The notes: generated by a model from the sequence alone, not told the origin. Shown: positions 11,076-23,149, numbered from the stretch's first letter. The stretch: 64,000 nt of DNA from Vulcanimicrobiota bacterium (GCA_963723515.1 CAVRQT010000002.1:480001-544000); one strand, 5' to 3'. A program made the numbers and translations.

Positions 11076-13025
11076 GTGAAGGCGCTCTCAATCAATCTGC
11101 GCGTCGCAGATCGCTTGGCGGTCATCGTCGGCGGCGGCCGGGTTGCGGCACGCAGAGCAGCGACGCTATTAAACGCCGGCGCAGAGGTACGCCTTGTCGC
11201 GCCGGAGTTTTGCGCCGAACTCGCAGCGATGCAAAACGTTCGCCTGAGATTGATCGAGCGACCATACGAGCGCGGCGATCTCGCTGAAGCCTTCATCGCG
11301 GTGGCCGCGACGGACGACGAAGCGACCAACGCTCGAGTATCGGCCGACTCAGCGAGCGCGGGCATCTTCTGCAACGACGCGTCGCAGCCCGAACGCGGTG
11401 ACTTCACCCTTCCCGCCGTGGCGCACCAGGGAGCGATCACGATCGCCGTGGACACCGGTGGCGCCTCGCCAAGATTTGCAAAGCGACTCTTGGACAAATT
11501 GGGGGCTGCAGTCGATCCGCGCGCTCCGATCGCAGCCGAAACCTTGATGCTCATGCGCCGGCATGCACGGCAAATCGCAAGCGGGCACGAACGGCGCCGC
11601 ATCCTAAACGACGCCGCAGAACTTCCTTTAGAAGTGTTGGCGGCGATGAGCGCCGACGAGGCGCGCGAGCACATCGAAGGCGCGAAAGACCCAAGCGCTC
11701 TTGACGATGAAACGGCGTCTGCTCAGACCGTGACCTGCGCGTCGCGGGGGAGCCGGCTCGCGCTCGCGCAAACGCGCTCGATTACAGCGAAACTTCAAAG
11801 AATCGGAATTCGCTCGCGCATCGTCACGATCGCAACGCATGGCGACCTTGCGCCGGATCGGCCGCTCAGCACGATGAACGCTGAAAATTTCTTCGTCAAG
11901 GAAATCGAAGCTGCGCTGCTCGACGGACGCGCGGACTACGCCGTGCATTCATGCAAAGATCTGCCAAGCACGCTCGATTCGCAGCTGCAGCTCGTCGCAA
12001 TCTCGGCACGCGAAGATCCGCGGGATGCGTTCTGCAGCGAGCGCTTTGGCTCGTTCTACGATCTGCCTTCCGGGGCACGCGTCGGAACGTCGAGTCCGCG
12101 CCGGCGCGCGCAGCTGATGTCCTTGCGCTCAGACCTCGACTACATCGATTGTCGCGGCAACGTTGACACGCGTTTGCGCAAGCTGGCCGAAGGTCAATTT
12201 GACGCGCTCGTCTTGGCGATGGCCGGATTGCGACGGCTCAACGCAGCAGCGCCAACGACGGTCGCGTTCGAGCCGGAAGAGATCGTTCCGGCCGTTGGCC
12301 AGGGAGCGCTCGCAATCGAGATGCGGCACGGCGACAGCGACTTACACAGAACGATACGGCAGACGCTCAACAACCACGTCGACGAACTGGCAATCGTCTG
12401 CGAGCGGACCGCTTTGGCAGCGCTAGGCGGCGGATGTAGCGCTCCGATCGGCATTCATGCGCGCTTCGACGGCGAGACGCTCGTCGCGCACGGCGCTGTT
12501 TGTTCGGATGATGGATCGCAGATTGTGACCGCCCGCATCTCTGCGCCGATTGTCCAGGTCGAAGATGCAAGTGACCTCGGTGAACGTCTTGCGGGGCAGC
12601 TCCTGATTTCGGGAGCCGCGCAATTGCTCGCGGCGGAGGGCGACATGGCGCTGCCGCTGGCCGGCAAGCTTATCCTCTTGCCGCGCACACAGGAACGGGC
12701 CAGCCGCATCTCGCCGGCCCTCGAGCGAGCCGGCGCCCGTGTCCTGCAGGTGCGTGGCGCTGAAGAAGCCCTGCGAACGCTCGCCGAACAGAGTGTCGAC
12801 ATGGTCGTTTTCCCTTCGAGCGGCGCGGTGGATACTGTTGAGGAGATGTTTCGAACCTGGCGCGTAGACGCGATGCGGCCTGCGATCGCTGCGATGGGCG
12901 AGAAATCGGCCAATGCGGCCAGGGTCCGCGGCGTCGAGCCCGATGTCGTCGCCGATGAGCCGTCGATGGAATCGCTCGTCCAAGCCGTACGCCAATACTT
13001 TTCGCGAGGGATGCGGGCGACATGA
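11076..13025 (+). CDS. hemC: Fusion of SirC/Met8-type precorrin-2 dehydrogenase, hydroxymethylbilane synthase and a short HemD-like domain
   Basis: [20 protein letters not shown] (SirC/CysG-B); [40 protein letters not shown] (HemC); [26 protein letters not shown] (HemD). Confidence 0.9.
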   Translation: MKALSINLRVADRLAVIVGGGRVAARRAATLLNAGAEVRLVAPEFCAELAAMQNVRLRLIERPYERGDLAEAFIAVAATDDEATNARVSADSASAGIFCNDASQPERGDFTLPAVAHQGAITIAVDTGGASPRFAKRLLDKLGAAVDPRAPIAAETLMLMRRHARQIASGHERRRILNDAAELPLEVLAAMSADEAREHIEGAKDPSALDDETASAQTVTCASRGSRLALAQTRSITAKLQRIGIRSRIVTIATHGDLAPDRPLSTMNAENFFVKEIEAALLDGRADYAVHSCKDLPSTLDSQLQLVAISAREDPRDAFCSERFGSFYDLPSGARVGTSSPRRRAQLMSLRSDLDYIDCRGNVDTRLRKLAEGQFDALVLAMAGLRRLNAAAPTTVAFEPEEIVPAVGQGALAIEMRHGDSDLHRTIRQTLNNHVDELAIVCERTALAALGGGCSAPIGIHARFDGETLVAHGAVCSDDGSQIVTARISAPIVQVEDASDLGERLAGQLLISGAAQLLAAEGDMALPLAGKLILLPRTQERASRISPALERAGARVLQVRGAEEALRTLAEQSVDMVVFPSSGAVDTVEEMFRTWRVDAMRPAIAAMGEKSANAARVRGVEPDVVADEPSMESLVQAVRQYFSRGMRAT

Positions 13026-14011
13026 TTGGTGAATCGGTTTTTCTGCAATTGATCCGCCCGCGTCGCAATCGCGCCTCCGAAGGACGGCGCGCGCTCGTAC
13101 GCGAGCACCGGATTGCGATCGAGCAACTCGTTCAGCCCATCTTCGTCGCTGAAGATGAGACGGCGGCCGGACCGATCGACAGCATGCCGGGCATATCACG
13201 GTTGACGATCGATCAAGCGAGTGCGTATGCTCGGCGCCTGCATGCGCTGAACATCGGCGCGGTGATGCTGTTCGGACTACCAAAGCACAAAGATGCGCTC
13301 GCCACGAGCAATTACAATTCAGAAGGCGTCGTTCAGCGCGCCATTCGTGCGATCAAAGGCGCCGTACCCGAACTGACCGTTTGTGCCGATCTCTGTAACT
13401 GCGAATACACCGACCACGGTCACTGCGGTCTGCTCGATGCACGCGGTGAAGTCGACAACGATCGAACCGTAGAACTGCTGATTCGAACGGCGCTCACATA
13501 CGCGCAAGCGGGCGTCGATGTCGTCGCGCCCTCAGATATGATGGACGGTCGCGTCGGCGCGATACGCAGAGCGCTCGACGAAGCGCAATTCACGCAGATT
13601 GCGATTCTCTCGTATGCCGCGAAATATGCGTCGGCGTTCTACGGTCCGTTTCGTGAAGCGGCGGCATGCGCGCCGCAGTTCGGCGATCGCCGCAGTTATC
13701 AAATGGATCCGGCCAACGCCCGCGAGGCGATGCGCGAGATCGAGCTCGACATTCGCGAAGGCGCCGACATCGTCATGATCAAACCGGCGCTGCCGTACTT
13801 AGACATTATTCGAGCGGCAAGAGAACGATTCGATGTCCCGATTGCAGCCTTCAACGTCAGCGGCGAGTATGCGATGGTTCATGCGGCCGCGGCAAAGGGC
13901 TGGCTCGATCTGCCGCGAGCGATCGATGAGGTCTTAACTTCGATCAAACGCGCCGGTGCCGACGTCATCGTCACCTACTTCGCGCAGGAGTATGCCGAGC
14001 GCCATGGATGA
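13022..14011 (+). CDS. hemB: Porphobilinogen synthase (Zn type)
   Basis: [39 protein letters not shown]. Confidence 0.97.
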   Translation: MIGESVFLQLIRPRRNRASEGRRALVREHRIAIEQLVQPIFVAEDETAAGPIDSMPGISRLTIDQASAYARRLHALNIGAVMLFGLPKHKDALATSNYNSEGVVQRAIRAIKGAVPELTVCADLCNCEYTDHGHCGLLDARGEVDNDRTVELLIRTALTYAQAGVDVVAPSDMMDGRVGAIRRALDEAQFTQIAILSYAAKYASAFYGPFREAAACAPQFGDRRSYQMDPANAREAMREIELDIREGADIVMIKPALPYLDIIRAARERFDVPIAAFNVSGEYAMVHAAAAKGWLDLPRAIDEVLTSIKRAGADVIVTYFAQEYAERHG

Positions 14012-14586
14012 CGTTGCGCTCGTCATTTTGGCCGGTGGCGCCGCGACACGCTGTGCGGGCAAACTCGAGCGTCCGCTGGGCGACCTGCCGATGCTCGTTC
14101 GCATTTACCGGAACTTGCGTGGATCGTCTTCCGACATACATCTCGTTGAGCCACGAGCTGAGCGCACCGCTCAAAGAGCAGATCGACGCCGAATTCATCT
14201 ACGATCGCGCGCCGCAGCGAGGACCGCTGCAGGCGTTGCTGACGGCTTTCGGCGTCGTTCGCGAGCCGCGCGCATTTGTCGTCGCTGCAGATATGCCGTT
14301 TGTCCAACCTGCAACCTTGTCTGAAATTGGCGGCCAATGGCAACACGGCGATGAGGCCGTCGTGACAATCGATCGCAATCGTTTGCAACCGCTGCTGGCG
14401 CTCTATGATGTTCATGCTTTCACTCGCGCGGCGCAGTCTATAGAGGTGGAAAACAGCGGCGTCAAAGATGTCTTGGCGCGCCTTCGCGCACGTCGTGTCG
14501 TGTTACGCGAGGCAATGGCGATGCTCAATATCAACACCGAAGAAGAATATCGCAGGGCAACCAAGATGGTCGCCATCGGCGCATGA
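14004..14586 (+). CDS. mobA: MobA-like nucleotidyltransferase; frameshift near 14125
   Basis: [41 protein letters not shown]. Confidence 0.82.
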
Positions 14587-15914
14587 AACTCGAGCGTTCG
14601 CTCTCCGCCTATGCGCGTGCGCGACGCGTGCTTGCCGGCGGCGTCAATTCGCCCGTGCGGGCCTTCAAAGCGGTCGGCGGCTCGCCGGTCTTCGTCAAGT
14701 CAGCAACGGGCGCGATCGTCCGAGATCTCGACGATCACGAATACGTGGACTACATCCTCGGATGGGGACCGTTGATCTTCGGGCACGCCCATCCAACGAT
14801 CGTTCGCGCGATTCAACTCGCCGCGGCAAGAGGAACGTGCTACGGTACGCCGACCGAAATCGAAAGCGAGCTCGCCGAGCTGATCTGCGCTATGATGCCG
14901 TCGATCGAACGCATCCGTTTTACATCGAGCGGAACGGAAGCGACGATGACGGCCGTGCGCTTAGCGCGCGCTTTTACCAATCGCCGGTTGATCGTCAAGT
15001 TTGCGGGATGCTACCACGGGCATGCGGACGGATTTCTGATCGAAGCGGGGAGCGGCGCGCTGACGAACGGCGTTCCGAACTCGCCCGGGGTCACCGACGC
15101 AACTGCGGGCGATGTGCGCGTGCTTCCGTACAACGACGCGGAGGCGGTTCAAAGCTTATTCAGCCGTCACGCAGACGATATCGCTGCGATTATCGTGGAG
15201 CCGTATGCGGGAAACATGGGACTCGTGTTGCCGAAACCGGGCTATCTCCAGGCCTTGCGCGATATCAGCCGGCGCGCCGATGCTTTGCTGATTTTCGATG
15301 AAGTGATGAGCGGTTTTCGGGCCGGTCCCGCAGGCGCTCAGGGCGCAGAAGGGATTGCTCCGGATCTGACCACGCTCGGCAAGGTGATCGGCGGCGGCTT
15401 AGCGGCCGGCGCTTATGGTGGCCGCGCCGACGTCATGGCGACCGTCGCTCCTGACGGCCCTGTGTATGCCGCCGGAACGCTTTCCGGCAATCCGGTTGCG
15501 ATGGCCGCCGGCGTCGCTGCGCTGCGCATGCTGCGCGAGCCCGGCGTCTACGAACGGTTGGAAAGGTCAACGGGCACCATCTGCGATGGACTCGAGCACG
15601 TTTTTACGACGCATGCGATCAGCCATCAGATCGTTCATCGCGGCTCGATGTTCTGCACGTATTTTACCGACACGCCGGTGAACGATCTCGATGACGCACG
15701 CCGTTCGGACGCGGCGCTCTTTGCGAAATACTTCCATGCGATGCTGGAGCGCGGCATACTGTTGCCGCCCTCACAGTTTGAAACGTGCTTTCTTTCCACC
15801 GCGCATACTGCTGCCGAGATCGACCACACGATTGCAGCGGCAAACGATGCGCTCGAAACCCTTGGGCAAGTCCAGGGTGACATGTTCGTGCCGCTCGCAC
15901 GGTCGGGACGCTAG
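14583..15914 (+). CDS. hemL: Glutamate-1-semialdehyde 2,1-aminomutase
   Basis: GGVNSPVRAF, SGTEATM, GCYHGH, FDEVMSGFR, LGKVIGGG, GTLSGNP, PPSQFE. Confidence 0.97.
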   Translation: MKLERSLSAYARARRVLAGGVNSPVRAFKAVGGSPVFVKSATGAIVRDLDDHEYVDYILGWGPLIFGHAHPTIVRAIQLAAARGTCYGTPTEIESELAELICAMMPSIERIRFTSSGTEATMTAVRLARAFTNRRLIVKFAGCYHGHADGFLIEAGSGALTNGVPNSPGVTDATAGDVRVLPYNDAEAVQSLFSRHADDIAAIIVEPYAGNMGLVLPKPGYLQALRDISRRADALLIFDEVMSGFRAGPAGAQGAEGIAPDLTTLGKVIGGGLAAGAYGGRADVMATVAPDGPVYAAGTLSGNPVAMAAGVAALRMLREPGVYERLERSTGTICDGLEHVFTTHAISHQIVHRGSMFCTYFTDTPVNDLDDARRSDAALFAKYFHAMLERGILLPPSQFETCFLSTAHTAAEIDHTIAAANDALETLGQVQGDMFVPLARSGR

Positions 15915-17212
15915 ATGCCGCTCGTTGCCTTAGGGCTATCGCATCGAACCGCGCCCGTTGATGTGCGCGAACGTCACGCATTCGCGCCTGAGCGAATGGC
16001 CGAAGCGCTGACCGCGCTTCGCGATTACGAAGCCGTGCATGAAGCTGCGATGCTTTCAACGTGCGGACGCCTGGAAATTTACGCCGAGCTGGACGACTAC
16101 GAAGCGGGCGTCGAGCAACTCAAGTCGTTCTTACAGAATTTCCGCCACGGCGAAATCGAAGACTTGGAATCGTATCTCTACACGCTGCTGGGTCGGGACG
16201 CGATCGAGCATCTCTTTCGCGTGAGCACGGGACTCGATTCGATGCTGATCGGTGAGGCGGAGATCCTCGGTCAAGTCAAGGACGCGTACGTTCAGGCGCA
16301 AGCCGCGCGATCGGTCGGCAAGACGCTGCACCGGCTTTTCAAAGATGCGATCCATGCCGGCAAAGCGGCGCGTTCGCAGACCGCGATCGGCAAGGATTCG
16401 GTCAGCATCGCATCCGCCGCAATCGAGACCGCGCGGCAACATCTTGGCACGCTCGAAGGCAAATCGATTGCCATCGTGGGTGCCGGAAAGATGGGCCGCA
16501 CGGCCAGCAAGCGATTGCGTGCGCACAATATATCGGCGCTGTACATCGTCAATCGCACGCCGGAGCGAGCCCGACAGCTCATCGAAGAAGCACAAGGCGA
16601 AGCGGTCGATCTTGCATCGCTCGGCAGTGCGCTTGCACGCGCCGACGTCGTGATCACCTCAACGGGCGCATCCCATTTCATCTTAACGACACGCAATGTT
16701 GCCGCGGCGATGGAGCAGCGTCCCGAGCGTCCGCTCTTCGTCGTCGATATCGCGGTGCCCAGAGACGCGGATCCGCTGATCGAGCAGCTTCCGAACGTTT
16801 CGCTCGTGGACATCGACGCACTCAAGAATACTGTCGATACGACGCTGCAAGTGCGGCGCGAAGCGATCCCGCAGGTCGAGGAAATCATCGCTGAATACGT
16901 CAAGCGCTTCAGCGATTGGTACCGCACGCGGAGCACGATTCCGGTCATCGCGTCGTTAACGCAAAAAGCTGAGGCGCTCGGCAAACGGAGATCGAACGGC
17001 TTTTTGCGCGTTGTCCGGAGTTGAGCGAACGCGAGCGCATGCTGATCACGGGCAGCTCGCTTTCGATCATCTCAAAATTGCTGCACACCGTTATCACGCG
17101 CATCCGTGAGGGCGCGGCGGAAGATGCGGAGCAAACCCGCTTGCACGAGCGGCTGCTCCATGAACTCTTCGATCTGCAGCCCGTTTCAGGCGGCGAGGAG
17201 CAGCGCAAGTAG
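15915..17212 (+). CDS. hemA: Glutamyl-tRNA reductase; frameshift near 16980
   Basis: GLSHRTAP, STCGRLEIY, GLDSMLIGEAEILGQVK, VGAGKMG, VNRT, DIAVPRD; C-terminal SKLLH lies in the next frame. Confidence 0.93.
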
Positions 17213-18729
17213 GAAAAGTCTATCTCGTCGGCGCGGGGCCGGGCGATCCCGGCTTGTTGACGTTGAAGGCCGCGCGCCTCATTCGCTCCGCGGACGTCAT
17301 TCTCTACGATCACCTTGCATCGCCGCCAATCGTTGAACTAGCAGGTGCAACGAGCGAACGAATCTATGCCGGCAAAGAAGCCGAACGTCACGCGCTCCCA
17401 CAATCGGAGATCAACACGCTCTTGATCGAGAAGGCGCGCAGCGGCGCAACAGTCGTTCGGCTCAAAGGCGGCGATCCGTTCGTTTTCGGCCGCGGCGGCG
17501 AAGAAGCTGAGGCGCTGGCAGCGGCCGGGATTGCGTTCGAAGTCGTCCCCGGCGTGACTTCCGCGGTTGCGGCCCCAGCCTACGCCGGCATCCCACTGAC
17601 CCATCGCGCGCATAACGCGTCCTTCGCGGTCGTTACGGGGCACGAAGATCCGCGCAAGAAATTAGCGACGGTCGATTGGGCGCGTTTCGCCGATGCAAAG
17701 AGCACGCTGGTGGTCATGATGGGGCTCGCAAATCTTGAAACAATCGTCGGCGAGCTGCGGCGCAGCGGCATGAAAGATCGCACGCCAATCGCCGTTATTG
17801 CGGACGGCACGTTGCCGTCGCAAAAGACGGCGCGCGGAACGCTCGCGACGATTCTGAGCGACGTGCGAAGGGCGCGCCTCACGCCGCCCGCTGTAGTTGT
17901 CGTCGGCGACGTCGTGAAGTTGCGCGATCGCATTGCGTGGTTCGATCGCTCGCCGCTCTTCGGAAGGCGCGTGTTGATTACGCGCCCCGTCGATCTGACG
18001 GACCGCTTTGCCGGCGAACTCTACGAACGCGGCGCGCAGCCGATCTTCGCGCCGATGATCGAAATCGGCGCTCCGGACGATCCCGATAGTGCGCGAGACG
18101 CCGTTGCAGGCGCGGCAGATCATCAATGGCTCGTCTTCACCTCGCAGAACGGGGTTCGCCGATTCTTCGAAACGCTAGCTGCGCTCGGACGCGATGCCCG
18201 AGCACTCGGCGGCACGAAGATTGCCGCCATCGGTCCGCAGACGGCTGAGACGCTTGCGGGCTTCGGCGTGCGCGCCGACCTCATTCCAAAGCGCTTCATC
18301 AGCGAAGAGATCGCGCGCGAATTGATCGCCGCAACGCGGCCCGAAGATCGAATTCTGCTCTATCGCGCTCAAGAAACGCGCGATGTGCTCGCGAAGATGC
18401 TGCATGAGGCCGGGCGCACCGTGCGCAACATTGCCGCCTATAAAACGTCCGTTCGCAACGATCCGGATCTCAAAGCGAAACTGAAAGAATCGGACATCGT
18501 GACGTTTACGAGCGCAAGCACCGTCTCCGGATTCTTGCGCAATTTGCGCGGTGCAGCCGTAAAGGCGACGAACAATAAAGTCGTTGCGTGCATCGGTCCG
18601 GTCACCGCTGATGCAGCGCGCAGCGCCGGCCTGCACGTTGGCGTCGTCGCGGAAGAGTACACCGTCGCCGGCCTCCTGACGGCGCTCGAAGGTGCGCTGC
18701 AATCGACCGCCTCACCCTCGCCCCGTTAA
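17209..18729 (+). CDS. cobA: Uroporphyrinogen-III C-methyltransferase / uroporphyrinogen-III synthase fusion; no canonical start visible
   Basis: GKVYLVGAGPGDPGLLT, RLKGGDPFVFGRGGEE, VPGVTS; HemD part LITRP, VFTSQNGV, AIGPQTA, TFTSASTV, CIGPVT. Confidence 0.93.
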   Translation, partial: VGKVYLVGAGPGDPGLLTLKAARLIRSADVILYDHLASPPIVELAGATSERIYAGKEAERHALPQSEINTLLIEKARSGATVVRLKGGDPFVFGRGGEEAEALAAAGIAFEVVPGVTSAVAAPAYAGIPLTHRAHNASFAVVTGHEDPRKKLATVDWARFADAKSTLVVMMGLANLETIVGELRRSGMKDRTPIAVIADGTLPSQKTARGTLATILSDVRRARLTPPAVVVVGDVVKLRDRIAWFDRSPLFGRRVLITRPVDLTDRFAGELYERGAQPIFAPMIEIGAPDDPDSARDAVAGAADHQWLVFTSQNGVRRFFETLAALGRDARALGGTKIAAIGPQTAETLAGFGVRADLIPKRFISEEIARELIAATRPEDRILLYRAQETRDVLAKMLHEAGRTVRNIAAYKTSVRNDPDLKAKLKESDIVTFTSASTVSGFLRNLRGAAVKATNNKVVACIGPVTADAARSAGLHVGVVAEEYTVAGLLTALEGALQSTASPSPR

Positions 18730-19509
18730 CCAACTTCGATTTCGGCGCGCTGCTCGCGGCGATCATCGCTATCGTTGCCTATCGCGCGCGTGTGCTGACG
18801 TCGAGCGGAGCGATCGCTGCCGCGCTCGTTGGAACAGCCATCTTCGGCAGCGGCGGATGGCGTAACGCCGTCGTGCTGCTCGTCTTCTTTGTCAGCTCCT
18901 CCGTGCTCTCGCAACTCGGGAGAGGCAGCGCCGCAAAACGTTCGCTGCTGCGAATCGGCAAGAGCGGCGCACGTGACGGCGCACAGGTTCTCGCCAACGG
19001 CGGAATCGCTGCGGTATGCGCGCTCGCCGCAATGACCGGCAATCCGTTGTGGCAAGTTGCGTTCGTCGGCGCGGTCGCCGCCGCGACATCGGACACGTGG
19101 GGAACCGAAGTCGGCACGTTGCAAGAGAAGCAGCCGCGTTCGATTCTCACGCGGAAAGCCAATCGCGCCCGGTATCTCGGGCGGCGTTTCACTTCTCGGT
19201 TCGCTGGCTGAAGTAGCGGGCGCGCTTATCCTCGCCGCCGTTGCGTGGGGGATTCATGCTTCGCCGGCGTTTCTTGCCGTCGTCGCCGGCGGCTTCGGTG
19301 GCGCGCTGATCGACTCGCTGCTCGGCGCAAGCGTGCAAGCATTGCGTTTCTGTCGCGGTTGCAATGCGCTCTGCGAATCCGATCCGCATCATTGCGGCGC
19401 CGACACGACGCTGGTTCGCGGCGTCGCTTGGATCACCAACGACGGCGTGAATTTTCTCTGCACGGCGGGCGGTGCGGCGATCGCGGCGGCCATCTATGCG
19501 AGTCGCTAG
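18726..19509 (+). CDS. DUF92 (TMEM19-like) membrane protein; frameshift near 19155, start uncertain
   Basis: RDGAQVLANGG, AATSDTWGTEVG, PGISGGVSLLG, DSLLGASVQ, CxxC..C..HC, NDGVNF. Confidence 0.85.
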
Positions 19510-19541
19510 CAACCCGCGTTGAGCCAACGAAGGAGAGTCCG

Positions 19542-20329
19542 ATGTTGTGGCTCGTGCTGAGGCGGCGTTGGAAGGAGAACGCGCGCTTTCGCGATCGCGC
19601 TCTATATCTCACTGGCGTTGCACGCGATTGCCGCACTGCTCTTTCCTGCGTTCGTGACGCCACCGGCACCCAACAACCGAGACGGTGACGACGATTTCCT
19701 ACCAGCGCATTCAACGCGTCGCCTTACAATCGCGTCCCTCGACGCCGCATTCGACCGCGGCCGTCATTGCAAAGCGCGTTGTTCTGCCGAAAATCGTGAA
19801 GCCGCACGCCGCCGCACCGGTGCATAAAGCGCCTGCACTCAAACCGCGCCGTCACGCGATCGCGAAGCCGACGCCCGGCGCCATTGCGCAAAGGCGAATC
19901 TTCACAGTTGGCGTTCCAAACGCTTCGCCGCTTCCAGCAACACCCGCGCCCGTTGCCATCACGAAAACCGCCGCTCCGGCCGTCGCCGCGCCATCGGCTG
20001 CCCCGGCGCCGGCGCAACAACATCGAGAAGTTCCGAATGCGCGAGGCAGCGGCGCGCGCAGCGGCATCGGCATGTTCGGTGAAGTGCAAGATCCCGCGCT
20101 CGAAAAACCGATCATGGATCAGCTGGTGCGCCGCTTCAAGCTCAACGTGACGCTGATCGTCACGGTCGGTGACGATGGACGAACCAAGCAGATCGAATTT
20201 CATCCGCCGGTGACGCCGGCGATCGAAAATCAAATCCGCTCGTTGCTCGCCGATGCGAACTGGGATCCGGCGCTCTGCGGCGGCGGAATCGCGTGCGAAG
20301 GAAAGGCAACGATCAAACTGTCGGAGTGA
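19542..20329 (+). CDS. TonB-like protein (TM anchor, Pro/Ala/Lys-rich linker, TonB_C-like domain); indels near 19600 and 19670
   Basis: AGGAG then ATG at 19542; SLALHAIAALLFP TM with SxxxH; Pro-rich linker; VTVGDDG..WDPA in the C-terminal domain. Confidence 0.6.
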
Positions 20330-20879
20330 GTCGCAGCCCCGCCAAGAGAGGGCGACCGATTCCGCGGTGGTCCTCGCCGTCGTAGCTTGCATCCGCTACG
20401 CCGAGATTACGAGCGAAGATAGCCTCATGGTCTAAGCCGCTGACGAGTTTTTGAAAACCGAGATCGCTCACGCCGATCTTCGCATCCGGTAAGACAGCCA
20501 GCAGCAAGCACCGTGAACCGATGCGCCGCAGCGAGCTGCGCAGATGACGCAATTCGCGCACGCGCTGCTCGCGCTGGGGCGCCACTTGCGTCGCGATCAA
20601 CTCGAGCGCTTCATCGTTCAGCCGAATTGAGACACGCAGCAAGCCACGACGCTCCAGCGGACGAAGCGGCGCTCGCGGCAAGTAGGCGCCGCGCACGCGC
20701 ATCTGCTGCAGGCGAGGCTTCCAAATGAGCGCCTGCGATCCCCGATAAGCCCACTGACGTGCAAAGCGCGTTGCAAGCGCGAGCGCATCGCCGGCGTCGA
20801 TCTCACAGAGCGCGAGCACATCGGGGTCGACGCGATCGATAAATGCTGCGAGCGAGCGCATTGCGCCCGCTCGCCACAA
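20313..20879 (-). CDS. Endonuclease/exonuclease/phosphatase-fold protein (divergent)
   Basis: DPDVLALCEID, RRGLLRV, LDHEAIF and DHRG resemble EEP motifs. Confidence 0.6.
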   Translation of the reverse strand: MWRAGAMRSLAAFIDRVDPDVLALCEIDAGDALALATRFARQWAYRGSQALIWKPRLQQMRVRGAYLPRAPLRPLERRGLLRVSIRLNDEALELIATQVAPQREQRVRELRHLRSSLRRIGSRCLLLAVLPDAKIGVSDLGFQKLVSGLDHEAIFARNLGVADASYDGEDHRGIGRPLLAGLRLTPTV

Positions 20880-20905
20880 TCGATATACGCGAACGTAGGC
20901 GGCGC

Positions 20906-21798
20906 TTACAAGATCGATTTTCCCAACCCTGAGAGGATCAAGCCGACGGCCAGTATCGCGGTTTGATTGCGCTGATCCAAGATCGGATTGATTTCAACCA
21001 TTTCAATCGAGCCAAGCACCCCGGATTCTGCCAAGATCTCCATCGCAAGGTGCGCTTCGCGGTAACTGAGTCCGCCTTTCACCGGCGTTCCGGTGCCAGG
21101 GGCTTCGCTCGGATCGATGCCGTCCATATCAAAGGAAACATGCACCGATCTTTCGCCGGCGCCGGTGATCTCGATCGTGCGTTCCATCACCGCCGTCATG
21201 CCTTGCTTATCGATGTCGCTCATCGAAAAGGCGGTCACGCCCGCCTCCCGCAAGATCTGCTTCTCTCCGCGGTCGACGTCCCGCAACCCAATCTGGACGG
21301 TCCGTTCGCCTTCCGCATAGCCGTGCTTGAGCGCGAACCATAGCGGCATGCCGTGAACGTTTCCGGAGATCGACGTTTGCGGCGTGTTGATATCGCTGTG
21401 CGCGTCGATCCAGACCAACCCGCGGCGCGTCCGCGCGCATCGCGTAAGCCTTTGAGCGTGCCCATCGCGATCGAGTGGTCGCCGCCAAGGATAACCGGAA
21501 AACCGCCTTCGCGAACGATCGCCGCAACTTTCTCCGCGAGCTTCGTGCACACCGATTCGATGACCGGAAAATATTTCGCGTCGCGCGCATGTTCGTTCGC
21601 GGATTCGCGATCCGGCACGTGCAAATTCCCGTGATCTTCAACGCGCTCGATGCCCAATTTGCGTAGTTTCTCGCGCAATTGCGCATAGCGCACGGCCGAC
21701 GGCCCCATGTCAACGCCGCGGCGGCTTGCACCCAAGTCCATCGGAACGCCGATAATGTCAACGCGATCGATCGTCCGATGCAGCTCCGTTGCGCTCAC
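20906..21798 (-). CDS. rocF: Arginase; frameshift near 21425
   Basis: GVDMGPSA, LGGDHS, WIDAHSDIN, SGNVHGMP, SFDMDGIDP, GTGTPV, VEINP. Confidence 0.93.
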
Positions 21799-21814
21799 TG
21801 CAAAACCGTTCGCT

Positions 21815-22985
21815 TCACTTTCGTTTTTCGCCTACGGTTTGCGGGTGTCCAACCGTTTCATCGCGCGGTGCTTCCGTCAGCGCAGGTTGCGCTTCCGCAA
21901 CGCTTGCCTTGGGTGGAATCACGTGAAAGGTCAAAACGCGCAACATGCCTGCGGCGGGCACCGCCAAGAACATGCCGACGATTCCCATCAGCTCGCCGCC
22001 GATCAACAACGCAAGCAGCACCGCCAACGGTGAAAGCGCAACCGTGCGGCTGACGATGTTGGGCGCGATCAAATGGCCTTCCATCTCGAAGATCAGAATG
22101 AAAAGCACGCCGACGATCAGCGCGTTTGCCGGCCCGTGGGTGAAGAGTGCGATGCCGACCGCCGGAATAAACGTCGCAACGGCGCCGACGTATGGAATGA
22201 TGTCGAGTATGGCGGCGGCGACGCCGATCAGCACGGCGTACTGGACGTGCATGACGATCAGCATAATCGTGATGAGAAATCCGACGGAGGCGCCGACGAG
22301 GATCTGTCCGCGGATGAATCCGCCGATCACCATCTCGAGCTCGGAAAGAATTTGCAGGCTCGCGTCGCGCTGACGCTGAGGAATCAGGGCGACGAAGTAG
22401 CGTTTGATGTTTTCGGAATCGAGCAGCAAGTATGCGGCAAGGACCGGAACGATCACGAAGGCCGCGAACACCGTGACGGCGCTCGTGATCACGGTGAGCG
22501 CGCTGCGCATCGCGTCGTAGCCGTGCGTGCGCATCCAATACGCCGTGCTTCCGGGAAGATTTGCGAGCGCGTGGCGCATCCAATCGGGCAGACGGCTAAA
22601 GAACGGCGTGTGAGGATTCGGTGATCTCGGCTTGGTAGAACGCGACAGCGCGCGGATAGTTTTGGATCAGCTGATTGACGTCGTAGCCGAGCGCGGGCAC
22701 GATGAACGCCAAGATCAAGCCGATGACGAGAATCAAGCCGGCATAGACGATCAAGACCGCTAAGGCCAGCGGCAGCCGCCGATTCAAGTAGCGAACGAGC
22801 GGATAGATGATGTAGGCAAAGAAGATCGACGCGATTATGACGATGGCGATCGATTGGATGCGCGCGAGAAACGCCAGTACACCGGCGAAGATGTAGAAGC
22901 CCAGAACGAACAGCAGCAGCACCTTGAGCCAATAGGTGACGTGTGCTTCCGTGAACCAGCTGTAGACTTTTGGCCGGTTGGGCAT
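21815..22985 (-). CDS. AI-2E (PerM) family transporter; frameshift near 22590
   Basis: AYIIYPLV, GGFIRGQ, IPYVG, EGHLIAP, LSPL, GMFLAVP. Confidence 0.9.
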
Positions 22986-23002
22986 GCGGGTATCTTCCCG
23001 CT

Positions 23003-23140
23003 ATGAAATCGAGAGCATCCCGAGCGGAAATGCCCCAGCCGGGCGGCCCGACGGCGCCGCCTGGTCCCGAACAGCCGCTTCCCGACGAACCGGAATCACC
23101 GACGATTCCACCGATTCCCGGACCGACGCCTCAAGCATAA
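23003..23140 (+). CDS. Putative 45-aa proline-rich small protein
   Basis: Manual translation MKSRASRAEMPQPGGPTAPPGPEQPLPDEPESPTIPPIPGPTPQA, followed by a hairpin and T-rich tract. Confidence 0.45.
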   Translation: MKSRASRAEMPQPGGPTAPPGPEQPLPDEPESPTIPPIPGPTPQA

Positions 23141-23149
23141 TTGGGGTCC

